A DNA stretch of 64,000 nucleotides from a virus: positions 27,017 through 91,016 of IMG/VR virus record IMGVR_UViG_3300034682_000252. The stretch is one strand, 5' to 3'. Below the pieces are notes generated by a model. That model was not told where the DNA came from. It worked only from the letters and a program-made list of their open reading frames with translations, and did not search any database. A program made the translations under genes and the position numbers. The stretch's first letter is position 1; each line of letters begins with the position of its first letter. Shown here piece by piece: positions 55,718 through 64,000 of this stretch.

Positions 55718-56017
55718 TTAGAACCTCATCAGTTTTTTCATGCCCTGGAGCAGACCACCTGCCAGCACACTAATTACTGCTGCTCCATTGTGCGTTGATG
55801 CAATCACCAGTAGGCAAACCAGCGGTTCAGGCCAGCGTTGCCATACCCCCAAGAAATAAACACTCCAGCCAGCGAGAGCCGCCGTCGTCAGCTCGGTCAT
55901 GAGCTCCCTCAAGCCCGCCCCCACTCGCTGATCTCGCCGACCCTGTAGGTAGGAGGCAATCCCACCAAACAGCGCCAAGCCTGACACCAGAGCGATCAGG
56001 CCAGGTTCTACTGTCAT
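55718..56017 (-). CDS. lydA: LydA-like holin
   Basis: Three TM segments, LFGGIASYL; first gene of lyd-dar operon. Confidence 0.75.
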   Translation of the reverse strand: MTVEPGLIALVSGLALFGGIASYLQGRRDQRVGAGLRELMTELTTAALAGWSVYFLGVWQRWPEPLVCLLVIASTHNGAAVISVLAGGLLQGMKKLMRF

Positions 56018-56159
56018 CGACACCCCCACCTAAGAAGCCAAAAAAAGTCATCCATAAGCATCCATAAAATGGGGTTAGGAAGTTGGGGCCATATTACCGA
56101 TCTTGGCCCCAGTTTTGCGGATTGGCGTTATTGCCACCCCTTCCCCATGCCATTCAGAT

Positions 56160-56579
56160 TCAGCTCGGCTGCTCAGGCCATGTGACGTCAGCAGGCCAGC
56201 CAGCGCTTTGTGGGAGGCGGTACACCTCCACCCGGTACAACCGCCATGCAGCCAGGAGAGAAAGCTCCTCCTCGCTTGCTATGCCTAGCTTCTCCGCATC
56301 CTCCAGCGGGGCCATGGCAACAACGGCTTGCTGCAACTTGATGGACTGCTGCTCTCGCTGCTGATCTTCGCTGGGCGCCGGCGCATCCAATTCAGTGATG
56401 GGGCCGAACTCGCCATGAATGGCGCGAAAATAGAGCTCGCGGCCATGCTCGGCCGGATCATCCTTTCGGGCGGTAAAGTCGATGAACTCGCCAGGGAGGT
56501 GGCCAAAGGCCACCTCCATGTCCAAGCTGTCTGGCTGGTGGGAGTAAGCAATAACGTTTCTTGCTGTGATGATTTCCAT
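56160..56579 (-). CDS. Tail fibre assembly chaperone (Tfa family)
   Basis: APLEDAEKLGIASEEE..L.AWRLYRV...WPEQP; TGATG coupling to fibre gene. Confidence 0.88.
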   Translation of the reverse strand: MEIITARNVIAYSHQPDSLDMEVAFGHLPGEFIDFTARKDDPAEHGRELYFRAIHGEFGPITELDAPAPSEDQQREQQSIKLQQAVVAMAPLEDAEKLGIASEEELSLLAAWRLYRVEVYRLPQSAGWPADVTWPEQPS

Positions 56580-59500
56580 CAAGCGATCCTTATCCAAAGA
56601 GTGATACGGGCATCAAAGTTGCCGCCAGAACCAAATGAGTAACCCAGGCACTTCCAGGTACCGGGCAGCGTGGTGCCATCCTGGTGTCGGTCGCCGGCCG
56701 TCGAAGGCACAAGGCTGGATCCCGCCACTGTGTTACCGATGTACTTGGATACGCCGGAGACATTGGACGCGAGCACATACGTGCCCACCTGGCCGTATCC
56801 GCTGGCCACAATATCGGAATTGCCTTGTGCTGCCGTGTGGTTGTGGGAGTTGTGCGGCGGGTTGTTGGGGCTGTACACCCGCTGGCCAGCCTCATGTATC
56901 GCACCCGCGGAGAACAGGTTGCCACTCGAATCAAGGCGCAGGCGATCGGTAACGGCCCCGCCACTACCATTGGATGTGGTGATCCGATAATTGCCGTCTG
57001 ACGTCAGGTAGGTGATAACCGCCGCCTTACCCGGAATATGGTATTCCGTCATCGGGTTGTTGGGATCTTCGATATATGCTCGCCAGCCCATATGCCAGTC
57101 TGTTTTCGCACCCTTCATCCAGTTGCGCACGGATGACGGGTCGCTGCAGTACCGGGTGAAGTTATCGGTGCTGTTGTTGACTCGGAATGCAATGGCTCCA
57201 CTCATCACCGATTCATTCCCGTAGGTCGTGCGGAGCAGTCGAGCATGAACGTCCGCTGACGCATCCCGCAGAGCCAGGGTGTTAGCGGTAGCGGCCGCAT
57301 CCTGGGTATTCAGGTCGGTGATGGTGGCGGCGGTGTGGGTGTGGCTGTTATCGACCACCGCCACGGTCAGGGTGACGTTGCCTGAACCATCAATGGACAC
57401 CGAACCGGTCGCGTCACCCGCCAGGGTGATCGTCCTAGCGGCCGCCCACTTGCTGGCAGAGACGGCGTTGGCGTTGATGCCCAGGGCGTCCGTGATGCCG
57501 TAGCCGGCAAGGGTGGTCGGGTTCGTACCACCAGTTACATGACCCTGAGTGTTCACGGTCACAGACCGATAGGTCCCTGCCGCCACCCCAGAAAGGTGAT
57601 GCTGGGCGCCAATGTTCCCGTTATCAACCACCACCCGCCAGTTCATCGCCGTGGTGCCTACGGTGCCAGTCTTTTTCCAGTCGTTGGTGAACAGCGCGGA
57701 GCCGTTGACCGACCCCTGATCTACCGTCACGACGGCGCCGGCGAGCTTGGCGGTGGTGTCTGCGTCGGTGGCGCGAGTCAGCACCCAGGCGACGCTGGCC
57801 GAGCCGGCCGTGGTCACGGTGTAGATGCCGTTCTGGGCTGCCGTGGTCTGGTTTTTCACCAGGACCCGGAAGCCTACCGGACAGGTCACGCCATCGATCG
57901 CCAAGGCAGCTACAGCGCTGGCGGTGAGGGTGGCGCCAGCCCCGGCCGAGCCGTTTGCATAGGTGGCATCGAGGTTTGCCGTGGTGGCGACGTCGGCGGC
58001 GCTCTTGTAAGGCTCCTCGATGGACAGGACACCCAGGGTTGCCCGGGCTGTTGCCGCATCGGCATCGTCCAGGAAGGTGCGAGCAAACGCGGTCAGCGTT
58101 GTTACCGCCGCTGCAGAGGAGCTTGTGAAGTAGGGCAGCCTGTCAGCCGCAGCCGTCACACCAGAGAGCGCGGTGAGGTTGCCATGCTTGGCCTGGGCAT
58201 CGGTAATGCCATAGCCGGCAAGGGTGGTCGGGTTCGTACCACCAGTTACATGACCCTGAGTGTTCACGGTCACAGACCGATAGGTCCCTGCCGCCACCCC
58301 AGAAAGGTGATGCTGGGCGCCAATGTTCCCGTTATCAACCACCACCCGCCAGTTCATCGCCGTGGTGCCTACGGTGCCAGTCTTTTTCCAGTCGTTGGTG
58401 AACAGCGCGGAGCCGTTGACCGACCCCTGATCTACCGTCACGACGGCGCCGGCGAGCTTGGCGGTGGTGTCTGCGTCGGTGGCGCGAGTCAGCACCCAGG
58501 CGACGCTGGCCGAGCCGGCCGTGGTCACGGTGTAGATGCCGTTCTGGGCTGCCGTGGTCTGATTTTTCACCAGGACCCGGAAGCCAACAGAGCAGGTCAC
58601 GCCATCGATCGCCAAGGCGGCTACAGCGCTGGCGGTGAGGGTGGCGCCGGCCCCGGCCGAGCCATTCGCATAGGTGGCGGCGAGGTTTGCCGTGGTGGCG
58701 ACGTCGGCGGCGCTCTTGTAAGGCTCCTCGATGGACAGGACACCCAGGGTTGCCCGGGCGGTTGCCGCATCGGCATCGTCCAGGAAGGTGCGAGCAAACG
58801 CGGTCAGCGTTGTTACCGCCGCTGCAGAGGAGCTTGTGAAGTAGGGCAGCCTGTCAGCCGCAGCCGTCACACTCGAGAGCGCGGTGAGGTTGCCATGCTT
58901 GGCCTGGGCATCGGTGATGCCGTAGCCGGCAAGGGTGGTCGGGTTCGTACCGGCCGTGACGTAGCCCATGGCATCGACGGTCACAGATCGATAGGTGCCA
59001 GCAGCGACGCCGGAGGCCTTGCCGGTCAGGGCAATCGAGATATTCGCCGAACCATCAAAGGTTCCACTGCCCGTCGCGTCACCGGTGAAGGTGATCGTGC
59101 GGGCGGTGGCCAGCTTGCTGGCCGAGACGGCATTGGCGTTAATGCCGAGGGCATCGGTGATGCCGTAGCCGGCGAGGGTTGTAGGCTTGCCGGAGGTGAT
59201 CTTGGACCAATCCAGGTTGGGAATGTCCGCGGCCACAAGTGCCATGCCGGCCGTGACGCGGCCTTTCGCATCGACGGTCACCTTGCCATAGGTGCCAGCA
59301 GTGACGCCGGAATTTGCCAGGGTCAGGGCGATCGCGGCGTTGGCGGTGCCATCAAAGCTGGCGGAACCGGTCGCATCGCCGGTGGTGGAAATGGTCCGGG
59401 CGGTGGCCAGCTTGGTGGCGCTGACGGCGTTGGCGTTGATGCCCAGGTACTTGGCGACCAGGGAAGTACCGCCCTCGTAAATGGTGTTTACGTAGGCACT

Positions 59501-62500
59501 CAGGAATTGCCAAGAACTTGACCCCAGAGAGCTCGCGCCTCCTGACTGGTATGGCAGCAAGCCCTGTGATGGCGTCCTGATCCAGCCAGAAGCATTACCG
59601 TCAGCCGGGACCAGACCCCAGTACCCGTAAAGGTATTCAGCCCTGGTCTGGCGGGCGTCATCCACACTCCCTAAGCCGACGTCGGAAGAAGTCGGTTTGT
59701 TGCCAGCGTGGTAATCCTCCTCATTGGTCACCACGTCGGTGATCGTGTAGGCGGTCGCATCAGGGATAAGCAATGGCAGTGCTGCATTGAAGGCGTGGCC
59801 GGTTGCAACCACCTCGCCATCAGACGCCACAGGCCGATACAGCGCGAAATAAACCTCGCTGTTGTAAGTCACTTCAACAATCTTGGCGGCGGCCACAGTG
59901 GCGCCGGAACGACGCTGCAGACTGACCAAGTTGCCGCTATAGGCAACAGTGACACTCACATCCACAAAATCGGTGTAGTTAAACGACCCTGCCGAACCGC
60001 GAGAGAACAAGATCCGCCCAACAAAGCCCGTCTTGTTCAGCAGGGTGCCGACATACTTTTTAGCCAACAGCACCAGGCAGGCCTTCGCATCAGTGCTCGA
60101 CCCCAAGTGATCGACCAAGCCGAACTGGCGATCACCAGCAGCTCGCCAGAAGTCGCCGGCAATCCCGCCGCCCGCAGCCGGCAAGGCGCCGATCTCTGCC
60201 AGCGACCAGGACAGGTTTGCGGTGCCATCAAAGGCCTTGCCCGTTCCACCCACGGTCAGGGTCCGGGCGGTGGCCAGCTTGCTGGCCGAGACGGCATTGG
60301 CGTTAATGCCGAGGGCATCGGTGATGCCGTAGCCGGCAAGAGTGGTCGGCTTGCCGGTGGTGATCTTGGACCAGTCCAGGCTGGGAATGTCCGCGGCCAC
60401 AAGTGCCATGCCGGCCGTGACGCGGCCTTTCGCATCGACGGTCACCTTGCCGTAGGTGCCAGCAGTGACGCCGGAATTTGCCAGGGTCAGGGCGATCGCG
60501 GCGTTGGCGGTACCGTCAAAGCTGGCGGAACCGGTGGCGTCGCCGGTGGTGGAAATGGTCCGGGCGGTGGCCAGCTTGGTGGCGCTGACGGCGTTGGCGC
60601 CTGCCGGCAAGGCGGCGGCTGCCAGGTCATAAGCCTTTTTCACCGCGCCCGCGGTGGCGTAGGTGGCATCGCTGGCGAGGTTGACGGCGCCGCTGGCCGC
60701 CCAGTTGTTGACGTTGCCAAGGCCCACGTCGGACGAGGTAGGTTTGTTTTCTGATGTGTAGTGAATAGCCCAGGCAGTGTCCGCATCCAGTGGAATGCCA
60801 GACAGTGAGAATCGAGAATAAACCACCCCATTGGCTGCAACGTACAACTGCGCTCTACGGTTAGAGTTGTACGTTGACTGCCATCCAGCGCCATGCGTTG
60901 GCACTTCATTTGTGGCAGGCTTTCCTCCATACGAGAGGAACTGGTTTTTAACCCCCATCGGTGTTGCGCCGCCGCCAAGGCCAAATCCACTCGGAGCTGC
61001 GCCAATATCATCCAGCGACCACGCAACATCTGCGCCGCCATTCACAGACTTCCCAGCATTGCCAATGGTCAGGGTGCGGGCAGCCCCCCAGTTCGCCGTG
61101 GTGATGTTCGCCGTGCCATCAAAGTTGGTGCCGTTGATGGCCCGAGCAGTCGCCAGCTTGCTGGCAGAGACTGCGTTGGCGTTGACCCCCAGGGCGCCCA
61201 CATCATCGGCGGTAGGTTTAAACCCGGTGGTATACATTTGCTTCTGAACAACAACAACCAGCCCACCCGGGTCAGTGTTGGTAGAGGAGTCGTTATAGAA
61301 CCCAATGGCATTACCACTCAGGACAGTCACTTTATGAGCCAACTGATAGGCTGGCGTTTTAAGCCAAAGCTCGAAAGTAGTTCCAGTGTCTTTTGTGTAG
61401 AGCGTTGGCTGACCGCTGTATAAGGCGAGGTTTGTTGACACAGCATCAACCATGACGACTCCAGCGCGAGACGCCATGCTAAGAATTACGTTGCTTCTTG
61501 CAGTACCACCATGGTCACCCAGACCGGTCAGGAGGAGAGTAACGTCCGCGTCCGTCCTGGCGATGTCACAAATCCTAGTCCAGCATGGCACCCCGCCAGA
61601 GGGGCGGCGAAGCGGGTATTGCGCTGCTGCATCCGTGATGCCATAGCCCGCAAGAGTGGTCGGCTTGCCGGTGGTGATCTTGGACCAGTCCAGGCTGGGA
61701 ATGTCCGCGGCCACAAGTGCCATGCCGGCCGTGACGCGGCCTTTCGCATCGACGGTCACCTTGCCGTAGGTGCCAGCAGTGACGCCGGAATTTGCCAGGG
61801 TCAGGGCGATCGCGGCGTTGGCGGTACCGTCAAAGCTGGCGGAACCGGTGGCGTCGCCGGTGGTGGAAATGGTCCGGGCGGTGGCCAGCTTGGTGGCGCT
61901 GACGGCGTTGGCGCCTGCCGGCAAGGCGGCGGCTGCCAGGTCATAAGCCTTTTTCACCGCGCCCGCGGTGGCGTAGGTGGCATCGCTGGCGAGGTTGACG
62001 GCGCCGCTGGCCGCCCAGTTGTTGACGTTGCCAAGGCCCACGTCGGTGGACGTCGGTTTATTCTGATCCGTGTAGACTTTTACCCAGTCAACCCAGTTGT
62101 TCATGCTTCTGGTGCGGAACGCCAGAGCGCCCGCCGCCTCCTGGAGCTGGAACATTTGTCCGGTACTGTCAGCACCACCAGAACGCCACATCTGGAGGAG
62201 AGGGCCGTACTTGTTATAGAAATTTACGCCAAGGTCACCGACGCTCGCATATATCCCAGATGAGTTACCGATCGCGTTAGCGTCAGCCTTTAACGGGCCA
62301 GTTTCACCTATGCCATGACCGCCCGGAGCGGCGCCGATTTCATCAAGGGTCCAGGTAACGTTACCACTGCCATTCACTGACTTACCCGTGCCCCCAATGG
62401 TCAGGGTGCGGGCGGTGCCCCAGTTCGCCGTGGTGATGTTCGCCGTGCCGTCAAAGTTGGTGCCGTTGATGGTCCTTGCGGTGGCCAGCTTGCTGGCAGA

Positions 62501-64000
62501 GACGGCGTTGGCGTTGATGCCCAGGGCGTCCGTGATGCCATAGCCGGCAAGAGTGGTCGGGTTCGTGCCACCAGTTACATGACCCTGAGTGTTCACGGTC
62601 ACAGACCGATAGGTCCCTGCCGCCACCCCAGAGGTGTGGTGCTGGGCGCCAATGTTCCCGCTATCAACCACTACCCGCCAGTTCATCGCCGTGGTGCCTA
62701 CGGTGCCAGTCTTTTTCCAGTCGTTGGTGAGCAGCGCGGAGCCGTTGACCGACCCCTGATCTACCGTCACGACGGCGCCGGCGAGCTTGGCGGTGGTGTC
62801 TGCGTCGGTGGCGCGAGTCAGCACCCAGGCGACGCTGGCCGAGCCGGCCGTGGTCACGGTGTAGATGCCGTTCTGGGCTGCCGTGGTCTGGTTTTTCACC
62901 AGGACCCGGAAGCCTACCGGACAGGTCACGCCATCGATCGCCAAGGCAGCTACAGCGCTGGCGGTGAGGGTGGCGCCAGCCCCGGCCGAGCCGTTTGCAT
63001 AGGTGGCATCGAGGTTTGCCGTGGTGGCGACGTCGGCGGCACTCTTGTAAGGCTCCTCGATGGACAGGACACCCAGGGTTGCCCGGGCGGTTGCCGCATC
63101 GGCATCGTCCAGGAAGGTGCGAGCGAATGCGGTCAGCGTTGTTACCGCCGCTGCAGAGGAGCTTGTGAAGTAGGGCAGCCTGTCAGCCGCCGCCGTCACA
63201 CCAGAGAGCGCGGTGAGGTTGTTGTGCTTGGCCTGGGCATCGGTAATGCCGTAGCCGGCAAGGGTGGTCGGGTTCGTACCGGCCGTGACGTAGCCCATGG
63301 CATCGACGGTCACAGATCGATAGGTGCCGGCAGCGACGCCGGAGGCCTTGCCGACCAGGTTGATGGTCACGTCAGCCGTGCCATCAAAGGAGGCGCTACC
63401 CGTTGAATCACCGGTGAAGGTGATCGTGCGGGCGGTGGCCAGCTTGGTGGCAGAGACGGCATTGGCATTGATGCCCAGGGCATCGGTGATGCCATAGCCC
63501 GCAAGAGTGGTCGGCTTGCCGGTGGCGATCTTGGACCAATCCAGATCAGGAATGTCAGCGGCTACCAGACTGACCCAGGAAAGAGATCCAGCAGTAGCGC
63601 CAGCCCGGAGGAATTTGGCGTTATTGGTGGTCCCGGTGGCGGGCACATGCAGGTTACCGTCGCCGGTCGGGTGACTGTAGTTGTTGGCACTGGCGGCGAT
63701 CCCGTCCAGCTTTGCCTTGTCGGCGGCTGACATGAAGCCAGCAACGGACGCGGTGGCTGCCCCGTGGGCTGCGCCGGTGGCGCCAACGTGCGATAGCGGG
63801 GCTGCATCGGTGATGCCGTAGCCGGCAAGAGTGGTCGGCTTGCCGGTGGTGATCTTGGACCAGTCCAGGCTGGGAATGTCCGCGGCCACAAGTGCCATGC
63901 CGGCCGTGACGCGGCCTTTCGCATCGACGGTCACCTTGCCATAGGTGCCAGCAGTGACGCCGGAATTTGCCAGGGTCAGGGCGATCGCGGCGTTGGCGGT
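56579..64000 (-). CDS. Giant repetitive tail fibre / receptor-binding protein (5' end outside window)
   Basis: >2470 aa open frame; PTTLAGYGITDA and KLATARTI fibre motifs; C-terminal GQVGTY..PGTWKCLG..LWIRIA; followed by tfa. Confidence 0.9.
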   Translation of the reverse strand, partial: TANAAIALTLANSGVTAGTYGKVTVDAKGRVTAGMALVAADIPSLDWSKITTGKPTTLAGYGITDAAPLSHVGATGAAHGAATASVAGFMSAADKAKLDGIAASANNYSHPTGDGNLHVPATGTTNNAKFLRAGATAGSLSWVSLVAADIPDLDWSKIATGKPTTLAGYGITDALGINANAVSATKLATARTITFTGDSTGSASFDGTADVTINLVGKASGVAAGTYRSVTVDAMGYVTAGTNPTTLAGYGITDAQAKHNNLTALSGVTAAADRLPYFTSSSAAAVTTLTAFARTFLDDADAATARATLGVLSIEEPYKSAADVATTANLDATYANGSAGAGATLTASAVAALAIDGVTCPVGFRVLVKNQTTAAQNGIYTVTTAGSASVAWVLTRATDADTTAKLAGAVVTVDQGSVNGSALLTNDWKKTGTVGTTAMNWRVVVDSGNIGAQHHTSGVAAGTYRSVTVNTQGHVTGGTNPTTLAGYGITDALGINANAVSASKLATARTINGTNFDGTANITTANWGTARTLTIGGTGKSVNGSGNVTWTLDEIGAAPGGHGIGETGPLKADANAIGNSSGIYASVGDLGVNFYNKYGPLLQMWRSGGADSTGQMFQLQEAAGALAFRTRSMNNWVDWVKVYTDQNKPTSTDVGLGNVNNWAASGAVNLASDATYATAGAVKKAYDLAAAALPAGANAVSATKLATARTISTTGDATGSASFDGTANAAIALTLANSGVTAGTYGKVTVDAKGRVTAGMALVAADIPSLDWSKITTGKPTTLAGYGITDAAAQYPLRRPSGGVPCWTRICDIARTDADVTLLLTGLGDHGGTARSNVILSMASRAGVVMVDAVSTNLALYSGQPTLYTKDTGTTFELWLKTPAYQLAHKVTVLSGNAIGFYNDSSTNTDPGGLVVVVQKQMYTTGFKPTADDVGALGVNANAVSASKLATARAINGTNFDGTANITTANWGAARTLTIGNAGKSVNGGADVAWSLDDIGAAPSGFGLGGGATPMGVKNQFLSYGGKPATNEVPTHGAGWQSTYNSNRRAQLYVAANGVVYSRFSLSGIPLDADTAWAIHYTSENKPTSSDVGLGNVNNWAASGAVNLASDATYATAGAVKKAYDLAAAALPAGANAVSATKLATARTISTTGDATGSASFDGTANAAIALTLANSGVTAGTYGKVTVDAKGRVTAGMALVAADIPSLDWSKITTGKPTTLAGYGITDALGINANAVSASKLATARTLTVGGTGKAFDGTANLSWSLAEIGALPAAGGGIAGDFWRAAGDRQFGLVDHLGSSTDAKACLVLLAKKYVGTLLNKTGFVGRILFSRGSAGSFNYTDFVDVSVTVAYSGNLVSLQRRSGATVAAAKIVEVTYNSEVYFALYRPVASDGEVVATGHAFNAALPLLIPDATAYTITDVVTNEEDYHAGNKPTSSDVGLGSVDDARQTRAEYLYGYWGLVPADGNASGWIRTPSQGLLPYQSGGASSLGSSSWQFLSAYVNTIYEGGTSLVAKYLGINANAVSATKLATARTISTTGDATGSASFDGTANAAIALTLANSGVTAGTYGKVTVDAKGRVTAGMALVAADIPNLDWSKITSGKPTTLAGYGITDALGINANAVSASKLATARTITFTGDATGSGTFDGSANISIALTGKASGVAAGTYRSVTVDAMGYVTAGTNPTTLAGYGITDAQAKHGNLTALSSVTAAADRLPYFTSSSAAAVTTLTAFARTFLDDADAATARATLGVLSIEEPYKSAADVATTANLAATYANGSAGAGATLTASAVAALAIDGVTCSVGFRVLVKNQTTAAQNGIYTVTTAGSASVAWVLTRATDADTTAKLAGAVVTVDQGSVNGSALFTNDWKKTGTVGTTAMNWRVVVDNGNIGAQHHLSGVAAGTYRSVTVNTQGHVTGGTNPTTLAGYGITDAQAKHGNLTALSGVTAAADRLPYFTSSSAAAVTTLTAFARTFLDDADAATARATLGVLSIEEPYKSAADVATTANLDATYANGSAGAGATLTASAVAALAIDGVTCPVGFRVLVKNQTTAAQNGIYTVTTAGSASVAWVLTRATDADTTAKLAGAVVTVDQGSVNGSALFTNDWKKTGTVGTTAMNWRVVVDNGNIGAQHHLSGVAAGTYRSVTVNTQGHVTGGTNPTTLAGYGITDALGINANAVSASKWAAARTITLAGDATGSVSIDGSGNVTLTVAVVDNSHTHTAATITDLNTQDAAATANTLALRDASADVHARLLRTTYGNESVMSGAIAFRVNNSTDNFTRYCSDPSSVRNWMKGAKTDWHMGWRAYIEDPNNPMTEYHIPGKAAVITYLTSDGNYRITTSNGSGGAVTDRLRLDSSGNLFSAGAIHEAGQRVYSPNNPPHNSHNHTAAQGNSDIVASGYGQVGTYVLASNVSGVSKYIGNTVAGSSLVPSTAGDRHQDGTTLPGTWKCLGYSFGSGGNFDARITLWIRIA
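57490..58911. repeat. Tandem 711-bp repeat (third copy at about 62530-63240)
   Basis: e.g. TGACCCTGAGTGTTCACGG at 57540, 58251 and 62580. Confidence 0.9.

Noticed and set aside
57539-63406. + strand ORFs with repeats opposite the tail fibre
   Set aside because: They mirror the fibre repeats; no independent coding evidence.
56030-64000. Diversity-generating retroelement or shufflon behind the fibre repeats
   Set aside because: No reverse transcriptase or invertase in the window, no adenine-specific template/variable repeat pair noticed, and repeats are direct and in frame.
1-64000. tRNA, rRNA, IS elements, LexA boxes
   Set aside because: None recognised by eye; a dedicated scan was not possible.

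Overview
The window is about 64 kb of a P1-like temperate phage-plasmid. It is GC-rich, and a gammaproteobacterial host such as Aeromonas is plausible but not shown by the sequence. In order it carries: an accessory operon (DHH/DHHA1 phosphoesterase, stand-alone DUF262); a VCre-like tyrosine recombinase with a 34-bp lox-type site; a C1-type repressor; terminase pacB/pacA with a TGATCA-rich pac region; an actin-like ParM/ParR partition pair; about 19 kb of leftward small accessory genes (Ser/Thr phosphatase, VRR-NUC nuclease, MT-A70 methyltransferase, several DNA-binding proteins); a P1-type iteron origin with repA and a RepL-like gene; prohead protease and portal; the Dar virion-cargo genes (darB, ulx, ddrB-, ddrA-, darA-, hdf-like); a MazEF/ChpSB-type toxin-antitoxin pair; an amidase endolysin and holin/antiholin; and a >7.4-kb repeat-built tail fibre gene running off the right edge. 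The most notable observations are: (1) a probably new Cre/lox pair; (2) a tail fibre of near-identical scaffold repeats flanking unique modules, with no Cin invertase at the P1 position; (3) a putative capsid-targeting motif shared by DarB and DdrB and repeated inside DdrB, with candidate protease sites, suggesting a polyprotein cargo-delivery code; (4) a stand-alone BrxR/CapW-like wHTH lacking the WYL sensor; and (5) two dispersed operator-like motifs. All homology calls come from motif recognition and recalled family sequences; no searches were run.
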